DNA of 64,000 nt from an uncultured Desulfarculus sp. (GCA_963665125.2 CAXXUK010000001.1:1504001-1568000), one strand, 5' to 3'. Shown: positions 19,081-29,370, numbered from the stretch's first letter. The notes: a model not told the origin generated them from the sequence alone. Numbers and translations: made by a program.

Positions 19081-20577
19081 TCAATCTTGGTTGGATGGAG
19101 CCTTGTAATCCTCTTTTTTTAGGCGGTGCTTTGCCATGAGCTTGTGAAGCTGACGCGTGCTGATGCCCGCCGCTACCGAAGTGTGATCGATACGACCGTT
19201 ATATAAGGAAAGCAATTCCTGCAGGTATTGACGCTCAATCAATTCGGCGCCTTTCTTGCGGACTTCGGCCAAAGTCGGGCCGTTTTCGTGGGGTTCGGCG
19301 GCTATTCTGGTTTCAAAGGCGAAAAACTCGCTGGGAAAGCCGTCCACGCCCAGCACCCGATCGGACTCCAGGATATATGCCCGCTCAATGAGGTTGTCCA
19401 ACTCCCTGACGTTTCCGGGCCAGCGGTATTCCATCAGGGCCTTGAGCACCTCTGGAGCGATCCGCTTGATATTCTTATGGTAATAAGTATTGAGCCTGTC
19501 GAGGAAGCTCTTGGCCAGCAGGGGTATATCTTCCTTCCTTTCGCGCAGCGGCGGCAGGTGCATGGGGAAAACGTTAAGCCGGTAATAAAGGTCATAGCGG
19601 AAAACGCCCTTACGGCAAAGCTCGTCCAGGTTTTCGTTTGTCGCGGCAATGATCCTGACGTCGGCGTCTATTTCCTTTACTCCGCCGACCCGATGAAAGG
19701 TGCGGTCCTGCAGCACTTGCAACAGCTTGATTTGGGTCGAAGGGGTGAGCGTACCCACCTCGTCCAGAAAAATCGTCCCTCCTCCGGCCACCTCGAATTT
19801 ACCCGGCTTCGTGTTTGTGGCGCCGGTAAAGGCGCCCTTTTCGTGACCGAACAACTCGCTTTCGACAAGGTTTTCCGGGATGGCCCCGCAATGCACGGTG
19901 ATGAAGGCGTTGTCCTTACGGCCGCTGGCCTGATGAATCTGCTTGGCCAGATAGCTCTTTCCCGTACCGGTTTCGCCGCTGATCAGCAAGGTCGTCATGG
20001 TGGGGGCCACCTTGAGGACCTGATGCATAAGGCGGCGCATCTTGGGACTGTTCACACCGGCGCCCTGTTCCACGTCTTCGCGCCAGGCGTAGTCCCTCAG
20101 GTAATCCAGTTCCGACTGCCTGAGGCTGGCTTCGGTCAGATCATCTATGACAAGCTTGATTTCTTCCGGGTCCAGGGGATAGGTCAGGTAGTTTGTTGCG
20201 CCGGCCTTGACCAGCGATACCAAGGGCCTTGTCTGCTCGATCGGACCCATGACGACAATATCGGCGTTGGGAAAAATCTCCCACATCTGATGCAGAGTCT
20301 TACCATTGCCGGCTGACGACACCAGTTCGCTGATATCCAGGAAGTCCGCAAAAACCACATCCACATATGGGTATACGCTTTGGTTGGCGGAAGGGTCATT
20401 TTCGTGGCCCGCGCCTAATACGGAGACCTCGAACCCCGGCGAAGGGAGGCTTTTTTTTATGATCTCTATTGCCGAAGAGTTCCGGCAGACGACCATTATG
20501 TGCTGCATAAGGTTAAACCAGTAAATGTTTGGCCGAATTATATGCCAAGTTTTCGCCAGGGCATCAGAAATTTGCAC
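19081..20577 (-). CDS. Sigma54-dependent activator with atypical receiver domain (NtrC-like)
   Basis: GETGTGKS, ESELFGHEKGAFTGA, WPGNVREL, HTH. The N-terminal REC-like region (GATNYLTYP) lacks the acidic pocket and the conserved Lys. True start may be ~20508. Confidence 0.9.
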   Translation of the reverse strand: MQISDALAKTWHIIRPNIYWFNLMQHIMVVCRNSSAIEIIKKSLPSPGFEVSVLGAGHENDPSANQSVYPYVDVVFADFLDISELVSSAGNGKTLHQMWEIFPNADIVVMGPIEQTRPLVSLVKAGATNYLTYPLDPEEIKLVIDDLTEASLRQSELDYLRDYAWREDVEQGAGVNSPKMRRLMHQVLKVAPTMTTLLISGETGTGKSYLAKQIHQASGRKDNAFITVHCGAIPENLVESELFGHEKGAFTGATNTKPGKFEVAGGGTIFLDEVGTLTPSTQIKLLQVLQDRTFHRVGGVKEIDADVRIIAATNENLDELCRKGVFRYDLYYRLNVFPMHLPPLRERKEDIPLLAKSFLDRLNTYYHKNIKRIAPEVLKALMEYRWPGNVRELDNLIERAYILESDRVLGVDGFPSEFFAFETRIAAEPHENGPTLAEVRKKGAELIERQYLQELLSLYNGRIDHTSVAAGISTRQLHKLMAKHRLKKEDYKAPSNQD

Positions 20578-20969
20578 TCATTTTAGTGCAATAGGCACGA
20601 GCTTGGGAGGGCAAGGCGATTTAACGCGACAACTTGTTATTATTGAGCAAAGTACGACATTGCCGCCTTTGGTTGACTTCAAGAAATACTGGTTGATAAT
20701 ATCATTTATATGCCGACACAGGCACGTATTGCGCTGAATTGCATCACTTCTTTGCATCCACACGCCTCGATTTGCGGGGCAGCCGCATTCATGGTCATTT
20801 TGGTATAGGGCAAAAACCCAAACGCCGAGCCCTCTTGCAGAACACGTTGAAGCGGACGAACCGTATTTTTTAAGTCAGAAAAGCACTGCCGGTTTCGTCA
20901 AAACCTGAAAAAGTATATCGCCCTGCCACGCGATAGGCCTGCAACTCCACCACTTCAAGGAGTCGCTCC

Positions 20970-23900
20970 ATGCGATGCAGATCCAACCCATACCGATTAT
21001 TGCTGACCGGCCTGTCCTTGTGTCTGGCCTTATGCCTGGCGTCGCTTGCACACGCCGATGACAGGCCCCCCCAGGAAAATTTTGAAGCCCTGGAAAGAGG
21101 CGTTTCCGCATTCGAGGACCGTATCACCGCCTACCGGCTTAAAGAGGCGGAGATGGTGTTTAATCTATCGGCTGGCAAACGAGCAGAGGCCAAAGTGCTG
21201 GCCGATACTGACCTAAGGGCCAGCGGTGTTTTAGACTGGATGGTCGCAGGCACTATAGGCCGGGCCCAAGATACGGCAAAAAAGCTACCCGGCCTCGCTG
21301 AAAAACTGCAACAAGCCGTCAAGGCCTGGTCCGAGGAAGTGGAGCAGGCCCGAACGATTCAAGAAGACATCTGCGCCAATGCAAAAAAGATCAACGGATC
21401 TCCAGCGCCGTCAGCCAGCGACATATCCCAATGGATCAATCAAGCCGACCGCAGTATTGACTCGAGCCATGCCAGCTTGCAGTCCAAACGCTCGGCTCTC
21501 AACACGGCATGGAACGCTTTGGACGATTCCACGCAAAGGTTGATCGGCCTGTGGAGCGGCATAGAACATTTGCTAGCCAGGGCGCCCGCCGTACAGGCAG
21601 CCTATCGGCGTCTGGAAGAACACGCCACGTCCTTGAAAGCGGCACAAAAGGACTTGGCCAAGGCCCGGGAGCAACGCGGGGAGTTGGTAACGGAACTCAA
21701 ACAATTACGCGCCGACTCTGTTTATTTGCGCGGCCAATTGCAACATTTGCGGTTACTAAACCAATCATCGCCCCAATTGGTCAAGCAGATTGACGATGCG
21801 CTTAAAAGAATGAAATCGGCATCTCTACCCGAAGAGCCGCAGGCCATTTATGGTATCAGCTCTGAATCAGAAAAAATAATCCGCCAATCCGAGCAGGTAA
21901 ATGCCCAGATCGTAACCGAGGCGTTGGATTCAGCCCGTTCACTGACTCCCGAATTGAAACCCGCCATATCGTCGGCCCAGGCGGCCCTGAAACAGGCAGC
22001 CGGCGCCCAGGCCGGGTTCGGAGGTTTTCGCAAGGGCCGCGATTGTCTGGCCGTATTGCGCAAGGCCGCTCCGGGAGGTGACAGCCAGGATCCGGCCCTG
22101 GCTGAAACGGATGCCTTGCAAAACCGGCTGGAAGACGCCCAGCGGCGAAGCATGCTGCTTGCGCACAGGGTCAGTGAAGTCAGCGAGCGGATCAATGACT
22201 ACCAGCGAACTGTCGATACGGCCAAGTTGAAGTATGACACCCTTGTGACATTGCGCGCCATGCTTCAGCCGCGCTTCGGAGGCCTTGATCCCAACACGCT
22301 GATCGGAGAATTGGAGTCATCTTCAACCAACCTGACCCAACAGACCGAGTTGTTTAAAGAGAAGGCCCAACTGTTGGAAGATGCGACGGATAATGCAAAA
22401 GAGGCAAAACAGCAGGCCTGTGACCGCGCGGAAAAGGCAAAATCAGCGAACCCTCCCAGCGCCTCCCAGGTGGCGAGTTGGCACCAGCAGTCCCGAGACA
22501 GGGCTATTCAGGTTACGCAAGAGGTGAAAAACGCCCGTGACCAAGTCTTGGAGCAATCCAAAATCCTGGGCCAGGCAATCGACGAAACCACCGAGATCAA
22601 GGATGGCTTGACCAAAATGAAGGAGGATATACACATTTGGTCCAAGGCCCATGAACAAATCGGCATGGAACTGCCTGGGGTGCTCGAGACCTTGCAAAAT
22701 GCCGACTCGCTTATGCCGGATATTGAAAAAGAGGCCCGGGCAACGCTAGCCCAAAAGCAGACGATCTTGGAGGAGCTTAAAGCAATCCAGGCAGCCTCGT
22801 CCGAGCTTGGCGCCAAGACAACAGACCCGGACATACAGGCCGATTTGGCGAATATCCGGAAAATGGCCGAGAGATTGATCATTCGTTGCAGTGACAACCA
22901 GGTACCAGGCTGGCGTAAAGGACACGGAATCAATCTCGAGAGCATCCCCAAAAATATCAAAGCCGCAAATGATATCGTCGGCACCACCAAGCGTCATATC
23001 AGTTTTTGTGAAGGGGCCGTAAAACAGGCCGAACCGGTACTGGAGCAGGCGCGCACCGCGCGTTTCGGGGCGGGATTGGCCGCCGGAGCCGCCGGGAATT
23101 ACATGATAGAGGCCAACAGCTGCGTGGCCGTCCTGGCCCGGAGCCCCGAAGCCGCCCAACCCACCGATGATGCTTCCGTACGCCAGGCCCTGGACAAATG
23201 CGACTTCGGCCGGGCCGAGTCCTTGATCAACGCCATTCCCTACAACCAAACCAGGGACGACCTGTACCAACAACTCACCGACTACAAAACCCAAGACACC
23301 GATGCCAAATCAAAGTTTGCCCAGGCCCGCGCCCTTTACGATGACTGTAAATACAACCGGTCAATACAGATTTTGGACCAGGCCGGTCAAAGTGCAAGGT
23401 GCGCGGACACAAAGCAGGCCATTGACGACCTGAAGCGAAGCGCCGTGGCCGACGGAAGGATTTTTGAGCAGGCCAAGCTCCTTGTGGGCCGCCAGGCCAA
23501 GGACAAATTCAAGGCCTGCGAGCTCCAGCAATCCATGGATCTGTTGGTCCAGGCCCTGGGTATGGTCAAGTGTGAAAATCACAAGAAAGAAATCAACAAA
23601 AGTATCGCCCGGGTTAAAGCTGCCCAAGAGGCCGAAGCCAAGCTTCTTCCGCTGTTGGAGCAGGCCAAGGCTCAGTACCTTGACTGCAATTATCAAAAAT
23701 CAATTGAGACCCTCCAACAGGCCAGGCAGTTTGCCAAATGCGACGCCTATGAAGAAAAGGTCGACAGGATGGGGCGCAAGGCTACGGCCAAACAAACCCA
23801 CGAAGAGACCACCATTGATTTGTTTACAAAAGCTAAAAAGCTGATGGGTGACGGCAAGTACGCCGAGGCAAAGGGCTACCTGCAAAGGGCCAAGACCCAC

Positions 23901-24674
23901 ACCAAGTGTTCGAAATATGAAGATGACCTTACAAGATGGATCGCCAAGGCCGACGCAGGAATCACTAGTGGCGGCAGCGGTGATGGCGGCGGCAGCGGCA
24001 TTAGTGGCGGCAGCGGCACCAGCGGCGGCAGCGGCACCAGCGGCGGCAGCGGCGATGGCCAAGGACCGCCTACCCAGGGGCAGCCAAGGTCTTGTCAGGA
24101 ATACGAACAAAAAATCCAGGCCCAAGCGGACAAGATGCTCGGCCTTTACGACAATTTTGCCACATTGACTGAAAGTCGAGCCGACCGCTCCGAGACGGGA
24201 CCAGCCGCCTGCGCGGTTTCGGATGCATACGCGTTGCTGGTAGCAATGCGAAAGGACGCACGCAATCGGCTTGGCTGTCGTTCAGCGGTCAAGTCTCCTT
24301 TATCGATAGGTAATTATGACGTAGTCGGTCTGCGTTGTTGGAGGTGGCGGCAGGATCAAAATTCAGGCGGTGGCTCGAATTCCCGGCAAACCGCCTGCGA
24401 TAAATGGAAAAGCAAGGTTGAAGCGGCCGAGGCGGTCCTAAAAGATAAAAGCGATGCTTATGTTCGCGCGCACCACGAACGTAAAAGGCTCGGCACGCCG
24501 GAGTCGTTTACAAACGTCAAGCTGGCCGTCTGCGAAAAATACCGGGCCGATGTCAAGCTGTTCAGACTGGTGACCGGGGCAAAATCAGCCGGATGTAGCG
24601 TCAGCGACAAATCATCGGCCAACTTCCGCAGGTTGGCCACCGAGCCGAGATGGGGCTGGCAATGCACTGAGTAG
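20970..24674 (+). CDS. Large exported coiled-coil / Cys-paired TPR-like repeat protein
   Basis: 1234-aa ORF with signal peptide (AHA-DD), long helical region, repeated AxxLxxxCxxxxSxxxLxQAxxxAxC units, Gly/Ser linker and Cys-rich C-terminus. Confidence 0.8.
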   Translation: MRCRSNPYRLLLTGLSLCLALCLASLAHADDRPPQENFEALERGVSAFEDRITAYRLKEAEMVFNLSAGKRAEAKVLADTDLRASGVLDWMVAGTIGRAQDTAKKLPGLAEKLQQAVKAWSEEVEQARTIQEDICANAKKINGSPAPSASDISQWINQADRSIDSSHASLQSKRSALNTAWNALDDSTQRLIGLWSGIEHLLARAPAVQAAYRRLEEHATSLKAAQKDLAKAREQRGELVTELKQLRADSVYLRGQLQHLRLLNQSSPQLVKQIDDALKRMKSASLPEEPQAIYGISSESEKIIRQSEQVNAQIVTEALDSARSLTPELKPAISSAQAALKQAAGAQAGFGGFRKGRDCLAVLRKAAPGGDSQDPALAETDALQNRLEDAQRRSMLLAHRVSEVSERINDYQRTVDTAKLKYDTLVTLRAMLQPRFGGLDPNTLIGELESSSTNLTQQTELFKEKAQLLEDATDNAKEAKQQACDRAEKAKSANPPSASQVASWHQQSRDRAIQVTQEVKNARDQVLEQSKILGQAIDETTEIKDGLTKMKEDIHIWSKAHEQIGMELPGVLETLQNADSLMPDIEKEARATLAQKQTILEELKAIQAASSELGAKTTDPDIQADLANIRKMAERLIIRCSDNQVPGWRKGHGINLESIPKNIKAANDIVGTTKRHISFCEGAVKQAEPVLEQARTARFGAGLAAGAAGNYMIEANSCVAVLARSPEAAQPTDDASVRQALDKCDFGRAESLINAIPYNQTRDDLYQQLTDYKTQDTDAKSKFAQARALYDDCKYNRSIQILDQAGQSARCADTKQAIDDLKRSAVADGRIFEQAKLLVGRQAKDKFKACELQQSMDLLVQALGMVKCENHKKEINKSIARVKAAQEAEAKLLPLLEQAKAQYLDCNYQKSIETLQQARQFAKCDAYEEKVDRMGRKATAKQTHEETTIDLFTKAKKLMGDGKYAEAKGYLQRAKTHTKCSKYEDDLTRWIAKADAGITSGGSGDGGGSGISGGSGTSGGSGTSGGSGDGQGPPTQGQPRSCQEYEQKIQAQADKMLGLYDNFATLTESRADRSETGPAACAVSDAYALLVAMRKDARNRLGCRSAVKSPLSIGNYDVVGLRCWRWRQDQNSGGGSNSRQTACDKWKSKVEAAEAVLKDKSDAYVRAHHERKRLGTPESFTNVKLAVCEKYRADVKLFRLVTGAKSAGCSVSDKSSANFRRLATEPRWGWQCTE
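23967..24059 (+). repeat. 18-bp tandem repeat encoding a Gly/Ser linker
   Basis: ~5 imperfect copies of (acc)agcggcggcagcggc encoding TSGGSG. Confidence 0.85.
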
Positions 24675-24685
24675 CACAGAAAAAA

Positions 24686-24717
24686 TGGCGGCCCGAACCA
24701 TGTTGGCGGGCCGCCGT
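24686..24717. terminator. Terminator hairpin between convergent genes
   Basis: GGCGGCCCG...CGGGCCGCC preceded by an A-run (U-tract on the minus strand). Confidence 0.6.
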
Positions 24718-24752
24718 TGCAGATATTCGAATATGCAGTTTCTGTGTTTTCT

Positions 24753-26447
24753 TTAAAAAATGCCAGGCACTATCCAATAGGCCAGAAGCAGGCCCACGCT
24801 GCCGACAACAGCGGCATAGAACATCAGCGGCAAGACGTTGCGCTTGATGATCAGGCCCTCGACTCCCTTTAGGCCCACCGTGGCTGACACGGCCACGATG
24901 TTGTGGATGCATACCATGTTGCCCATTGCCCCGCCCACGGCCTGAAGGGCCACGATGATCTGGTGCGGCAGGCCCAACTGGCCGGCCACGTCATACTGAA
25001 ACAGGCCGAACATCAGGTTTGAGACCGTGTTGCTGCCGGAGATGAACGATCCCAGGGCCCCCACCAGTGGCGCGAACAACGGCCAGGTGCCCCCGGCCAA
25101 ATCGGCCGCGGCATGGGCCATGCTCAGGGGCATGGACGGCAGGTTGCCGGGGTTGCCGGCTGATTGCTTGAATATCTCCACCAGGGCCACGGCGAAAAGC
25201 ATGGCAATGGTGGGGTTCTTCATCCGCAGGAACGAGTCTTTCCAGGCCATCTTTACCTGATGGGCCCGCATTCGGTGGATGAATATGGTCAACAGGGCCA
25301 CCAGAATGAAGGGGATGACGCCGGGCAGGTAGAGGATCTTTACGCCGAATCCCACGCCCTGCTGGCCCATGATGTCTTTCCAGCCTAAGCTGATGGACGC
25401 CAGCCAGGCTTTTAGGGGCAAAAAGTCCAGACGGGTGATCACCAGAATAGCCCCGATGAGCAGATACGGCGTCCAGGCCTGCAAGACCGTCAGGGGACGT
25501 TGGCGCTCCACCGGCCCGGCGGGAGGTATCTCGCCGCTCCAGTCCGGCTCCCACTGAGCCCTTGGCCCGAACTCCCAGGCATCCTTGGGTACTAAAAGCC
25601 CCTTCTTGGCCGCCGGAACCACAATGGCCAGCGATATCAATCCGCCCAACAACGACGGGAAATCCTCGCCCAGAGTCAGCGCCGTGAACACATACGGCAC
25701 GGTAAAACAGGCCGAGGCGAACAGGCTGAATTTCCAGGCCCCGAAGCCCTCTTTCCAGGATCGGTTCTTGCCGAAAAAGCGAGTCATCATGGCCAGGATG
25801 AACAGCGGCAGCAAAAAGACCATGGCCAGGTGGATTATCGCCGACCAGCCGCCCACGTCCGACAGAAACTGGGCCATGCTCTGGATATCGCCGGCCTTGC
25901 CCGCGGCGATGGCCTGTTCGACCTGCGCGCTCAAGGGTTTGAGGCCGAACCACACCGGCGTGCCCACCGCGCCGAAGGTCACCGGAAAGCTGTTGGCCAC
26001 CAGGCAAATCATGGCCGCGGCCAAGGCCGGAAAACCCAGGGTCATCATCAGCGGCGCGCAGATTGCCGCCGGCGTGCCGAAACCGGCCGCGCCTTCCAAA
26101 AAGGCGTTGAACAATACGCCGATGATGACGGCCTGGACCCGGCGGTCGGCGCTGACGTCGTGAAACCACTTGTTAATGGTCGTGGCCCCTCCGCTGTCGC
26201 GCAGGGTGTACAACACCGCCAACGCCCCGAAGACGATAATCAGCACGTTCAGGGCGTTGCCGAATCCAGCGATGGTCGAGGCGGCCAATAGGGCCACGGG
26301 CATGTCCCAGGCCCACCAGCCCAACACGGCGCATAAAAGCCAGGCCAGGGGCATGGCCCGCGTGGCAGGCTGACGCATGCCGACCATCATGACCAAAGCG
26401 GCTGCGATTGGCGCGAGGGCCAACAAGGCCAAAACGGGAACCGTCAT
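24753..26447 (-). CDS. lctP: L-lactate permease (LctP/LldP family)
   Basis: DRRVQ, FLEGAAGFGTP, FGAVGTP, GSFISGSNTVSN, GNM motifs; many TM helices. Confidence 0.92.
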   Translation of the reverse strand: MTVPVLALLALAPIAAALVMMVGMRQPATRAMPLAWLLCAVLGWWAWDMPVALLAASTIAGFGNALNVLIIVFGALAVLYTLRDSGGATTINKWFHDVSADRRVQAVIIGVLFNAFLEGAAGFGTPAAICAPLMMTLGFPALAAAMICLVANSFPVTFGAVGTPVWFGLKPLSAQVEQAIAAGKAGDIQSMAQFLSDVGGWSAIIHLAMVFLLPLFILAMMTRFFGKNRSWKEGFGAWKFSLFASACFTVPYVFTALTLGEDFPSLLGGLISLAIVVPAAKKGLLVPKDAWEFGPRAQWEPDWSGEIPPAGPVERQRPLTVLQAWTPYLLIGAILVITRLDFLPLKAWLASISLGWKDIMGQQGVGFGVKILYLPGVIPFILVALLTIFIHRMRAHQVKMAWKDSFLRMKNPTIAMLFAVALVEIFKQSAGNPGNLPSMPLSMAHAAADLAGGTWPLFAPLVGALGSFISGSNTVSNLMFGLFQYDVAGQLGLPHQIIVALQAVGGAMGNMVCIHNIVAVSATVGLKGVEGLIIKRNVLPLMFYAAVVGSVGLLLAYWIVPGIF

Positions 26448-26513
26448 TTATTCCTCCCCTGCATACCCGGTCAGGTTATCCGCCCCCAATCCCTTTATGC
26501 AAGGGGCAGGGAA

Positions 26514-26708
26514 TCATCCATCCACGGCATAAAGGATCAGGCCCAGTTTTTTCTCCAATTCATGGACCTGGGCCACTTCTTCCGAGGACAAAATGGCCGG
26601 GTTGGCATCGGCGCAGGTATAGGCCAACAAGACCTTGCCCATTTTCTTTTCCATGGCCTGTACTTCTTCGAGCTTACTCTTGTCGATATTGGCGAAAGAA
26701 CAAATCAT
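26514..26708 (-). CDS. Small two-repeat hypothetical protein
   Basis: Internal duplication EEVQAMEKKMGKVLLAY / EEVAQVHELEKKLGLILYAV; AAGGGG RBS. Confidence 0.7.
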   Translation of the reverse strand: MICSFANIDKSKLEEVQAMEKKMGKVLLAYTCADANPAILSSEEVAQVHELEKKLGLILYAVDG

Positions 26709-26837
26709 GACATCTACCCCTTGTTAATTATTGACATGTTCCAACACCTATATATTGTGAGGTAATTCGTTGTAGGATTTCAGTTTTTTTAGCGGTCCCG
26801 GCCTTTTTTCCATCAAGGCGCACACCAAGGAGGCTCC

Positions 26838-27344
26838 ATGCCCGGCAGCATCGAGGCACTTATAAAAACCGCCCTGGGCAACGGCGCCGACGCGGCCAGG
26901 CCTTTGGCGGTCAGCGAATTCGTTTACGACCCCAGGGCGGAACTCAAATGCCGCTTCGGCTGCGACCGTTGGGGCAAATACTGGACCTGTCCGCCCCATC
27001 TGGGATTTGACCGCGTTTTTCTGCGCCAGGCCATAAGCAAATACGAAAACGCCCTGATCCTGCGCTCGCCGGATCGTCTATCGGGCCAGAACGCCGCCCT
27101 GGCCGTGGAAAAAACGGCCATGATCAGCCACGGCATGTCCATGGCTCTGGCCTTGGCCCTGTGCGTCAAGTGCGACCCATGCGCCTACCCCGAGCCCTGC
27201 ATCCACCCGGAAGCCGCCCGCCCCGCATTGGACGGCTTGGGATATGACGTGATCAAGACCGTGGCCAAGGCCGGCTTCGAGGTCAAATTCAATGAAGACG
27301 GTTCATTCGTTCCGGCCTGGTTTACGGCCGTTGTTTTGGACTGA
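26838..27344 (+). CDS. Cys-rich metal-binding protein (DUF2284-like)
   Basis: KCRFGC..WG..WTCPP and CVKCDPC..PEPC.HP..ARP.LDGLG.DV.KT; AAGGAGG RBS. Confidence 0.78.
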   Translation: MPGSIEALIKTALGNGADAARPLAVSEFVYDPRAELKCRFGCDRWGKYWTCPPHLGFDRVFLRQAISKYENALILRSPDRLSGQNAALAVEKTAMISHGMSMALALALCVKCDPCAYPEPCIHPEAARPALDGLGYDVIKTVAKAGFEVKFNEDGSFVPAWFTAVVLD

Positions 27345-27389
27345 CGCCTTAGCGGAAGCTATTACAAACAGTTACAATTGATTTTCCCG

Positions 27390-27470
27390 TGACTGGCCAG
27401 TCAGACCCCAAAAATACTTAAGTGCTCTGGACCATTAGATATTGACAGGGCACACTGCCTAGATTATAGA
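27390..27470 (+). promoter_or_regulatory. Perfect 14-bp palindrome plus sigma70 promoter of the acyl-CoA dehydrogenase gene
   Basis: TGACTGGCCAGTCA (27390-27403); TTGACA-N17-TATAGA (27442-27470). Confidence 0.55.
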
Positions 27471-27526
27471 TTTTGATTCAGCACTGTTAATCACCATAAA
27501 CACCGTTTCAGGCAGTGGGGTAAAAT

Positions 27527-29224
27527 ATGATCCTTCTTGATCCGAACCACCTCAGGGACAAATACGCCGATGACAAATCCGGCGAGCTGATGGCTAAAAC
27601 AGTCGAGTTCTTTGAAAAGCGCGGCAAAGCCACACTTATTGACAGCTTTGAAAACCGTGTCTGGTATCAGGATTTCCTGGACTTCCAGGCCGAGAACAAG
27701 CTTTTCTACACCATGCTCACTCCCAGGGAGTATGGCGACGGCACCACGAGCTGGAACACCTACCGCAACTGTGAATTCGCCGAGATCCTGGGCTTCTACG
27801 GCCTGGGCTACTGGTACACCTGGCAGGTCTCCATCCTGGGTCTTGGCCCGCTATGGATGGGCACCAACGAGGATCTGAAGTACAAGACCGCCGAGCTGTT
27901 GAAGCAGGGCCAGATCTTCGCCTTCGGCCTGAGCGAAAAAGAGCACGGCGCCGACATCTACAGCACCGATATGACGCTCTACCCCAATGACGACGGCACC
28001 TACCGGGCCAGGGGCGGCAAATACTACATCGGCAACGGCAACAAGGCGGCCATCGTCTCGACCTTCGGCCGCATGGCCGGGTCCAAGGATGAATACGTAT
28101 TCTTCGCCGTCGATTCCCAGCACGATAAATACGAGCTGGTCAAAAACGTGGTCCACAGCCACAACTACGTCAGTGAATACGCCCTTCACGACTACCCCAT
28201 CACCGAGGCCGACATCATCAGCCGGGGCCCCAGGGCCTGGGACAGCTCCCTCAACACGGTAAACGTGGGCAAATACAACCTCGGCTGGGCCAGCATCGGC
28301 ATCTGCACCCATGCCCTGTACGAGGCCCTGAACCACGCGGCCAACCGCAGGCTCTACAACATTTTCGTCACTGACTTCCAACACGTGAAGCAGATATTCA
28401 CCGACAGCTACACCCGCCTGGTGGCCATGAAGCTGTTCGCCTACCGCGCTTCGGATTACTTCCGCTCCGCCGGTCCGGACGACCGCCGCTATCTGCTGTT
28501 CAACCCCATCGTCAAGATGAAGGTCACGGTCCAAGGCGAAAACATCATCGACGCCATCTGGAGCGTCATCGCGGCCAAGGGCTTTGAAAAGGACACCTAC
28601 TTCCACATGGCGGCCCAGGAAATCCGCGGCCTGCCCAAGCTGGAAGGCACCACCCATGTGAACATGGCCCTCATCGTCAAGTTCATGCAGAACTACTTCT
28701 TCAACCCGACGACCTATCCCGAGGTGCCGACCCGCAACGACGACGCCGACGACAGCTTCTTCTGGGACCAGGGCCCAACCCGCGGCCTGGGCAAGATCCA
28801 GTTCAACGACTACCATCCGGTCTACGCCCAGTGGAATCTGCCCAACGTCAATATCTTCCAGGAGCAGATCAAGGTTTTGGAGCAGCTGTTGGTCAAGGCC
28901 ACGCCCAGCAAGGCCCAGGCCATGGACACCGACTTCCTGCTCAACCTGGGCGAGATCTTCACCCTGGTGCCTTATGGCCAGTTGATCCTGGAAAACGCCA
29001 AGATCCTGGGCATCGACGAGGTCCTGGTGGACCAGATCTTCGACTTCATGGTCCGCGACTTCAACAAGTTCGCGTTGGAGCTGTTCCAGAAGCCCAGCAC
29101 CACGCCCGAACAGTGTGAACTCCTGCAGAAGATGGTCACCAAGCCCAACGTGGATCAGGCCCGCTTCGACAAGATTTGGAACGAAGTCCTGGAGTTGGAC
29201 GGTCTTTACGAGATGAACGAGTAG
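27527..29224 (+). CDS. Acyl-CoA dehydrogenase family protein
   Basis: AFGLSEKEHGAD, GGKYYIGN, LPKLEGT; strongly GC3-biased codons. Confidence 0.9.
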   Translation: MILLDPNHLRDKYADDKSGELMAKTVEFFEKRGKATLIDSFENRVWYQDFLDFQAENKLFYTMLTPREYGDGTTSWNTYRNCEFAEILGFYGLGYWYTWQVSILGLGPLWMGTNEDLKYKTAELLKQGQIFAFGLSEKEHGADIYSTDMTLYPNDDGTYRARGGKYYIGNGNKAAIVSTFGRMAGSKDEYVFFAVDSQHDKYELVKNVVHSHNYVSEYALHDYPITEADIISRGPRAWDSSLNTVNVGKYNLGWASIGICTHALYEALNHAANRRLYNIFVTDFQHVKQIFTDSYTRLVAMKLFAYRASDYFRSAGPDDRRYLLFNPIVKMKVTVQGENIIDAIWSVIAAKGFEKDTYFHMAAQEIRGLPKLEGTTHVNMALIVKFMQNYFFNPTTYPEVPTRNDDADDSFFWDQGPTRGLGKIQFNDYHPVYAQWNLPNVNIFQEQIKVLEQLLVKATPSKAQAMDTDFLLNLGEIFTLVPYGQLILENAKILGIDEVLVDQIFDFMVRDFNKFALELFQKPSTTPEQCELLQKMVTKPNVDQARFDKIWNEVLELDGLYEMNE

Positions 29225-29246
29225 CCTCAGACCAACCAAGCCCGAC

Positions 29247-29280
29247 AAAGCCGGGGCGCCTCGAAGCGCCCCGGCTTTTC
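29247..29280 (+). terminator. Rho-independent terminator
   Basis: AAAGCCGGGGCGC-ctcgaa-GCGCCCCGGCTTTT. Confidence 0.85.
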
Positions 29281-29370
29281 TATTCCCAATTAATGGACGT
29301 CTCGAATAGTTGACGTTAGGCGGACCAACCCACCAACACTGATGACAAGCACTGCGGAGTTAGGCGGATT

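Noticed and set aside
23967..24059. Tandem repeat as a possible CRISPR array
   Set aside because: 18-bp in-frame units without spacers, encoding a Gly/Ser linker; no cas genes in the window.
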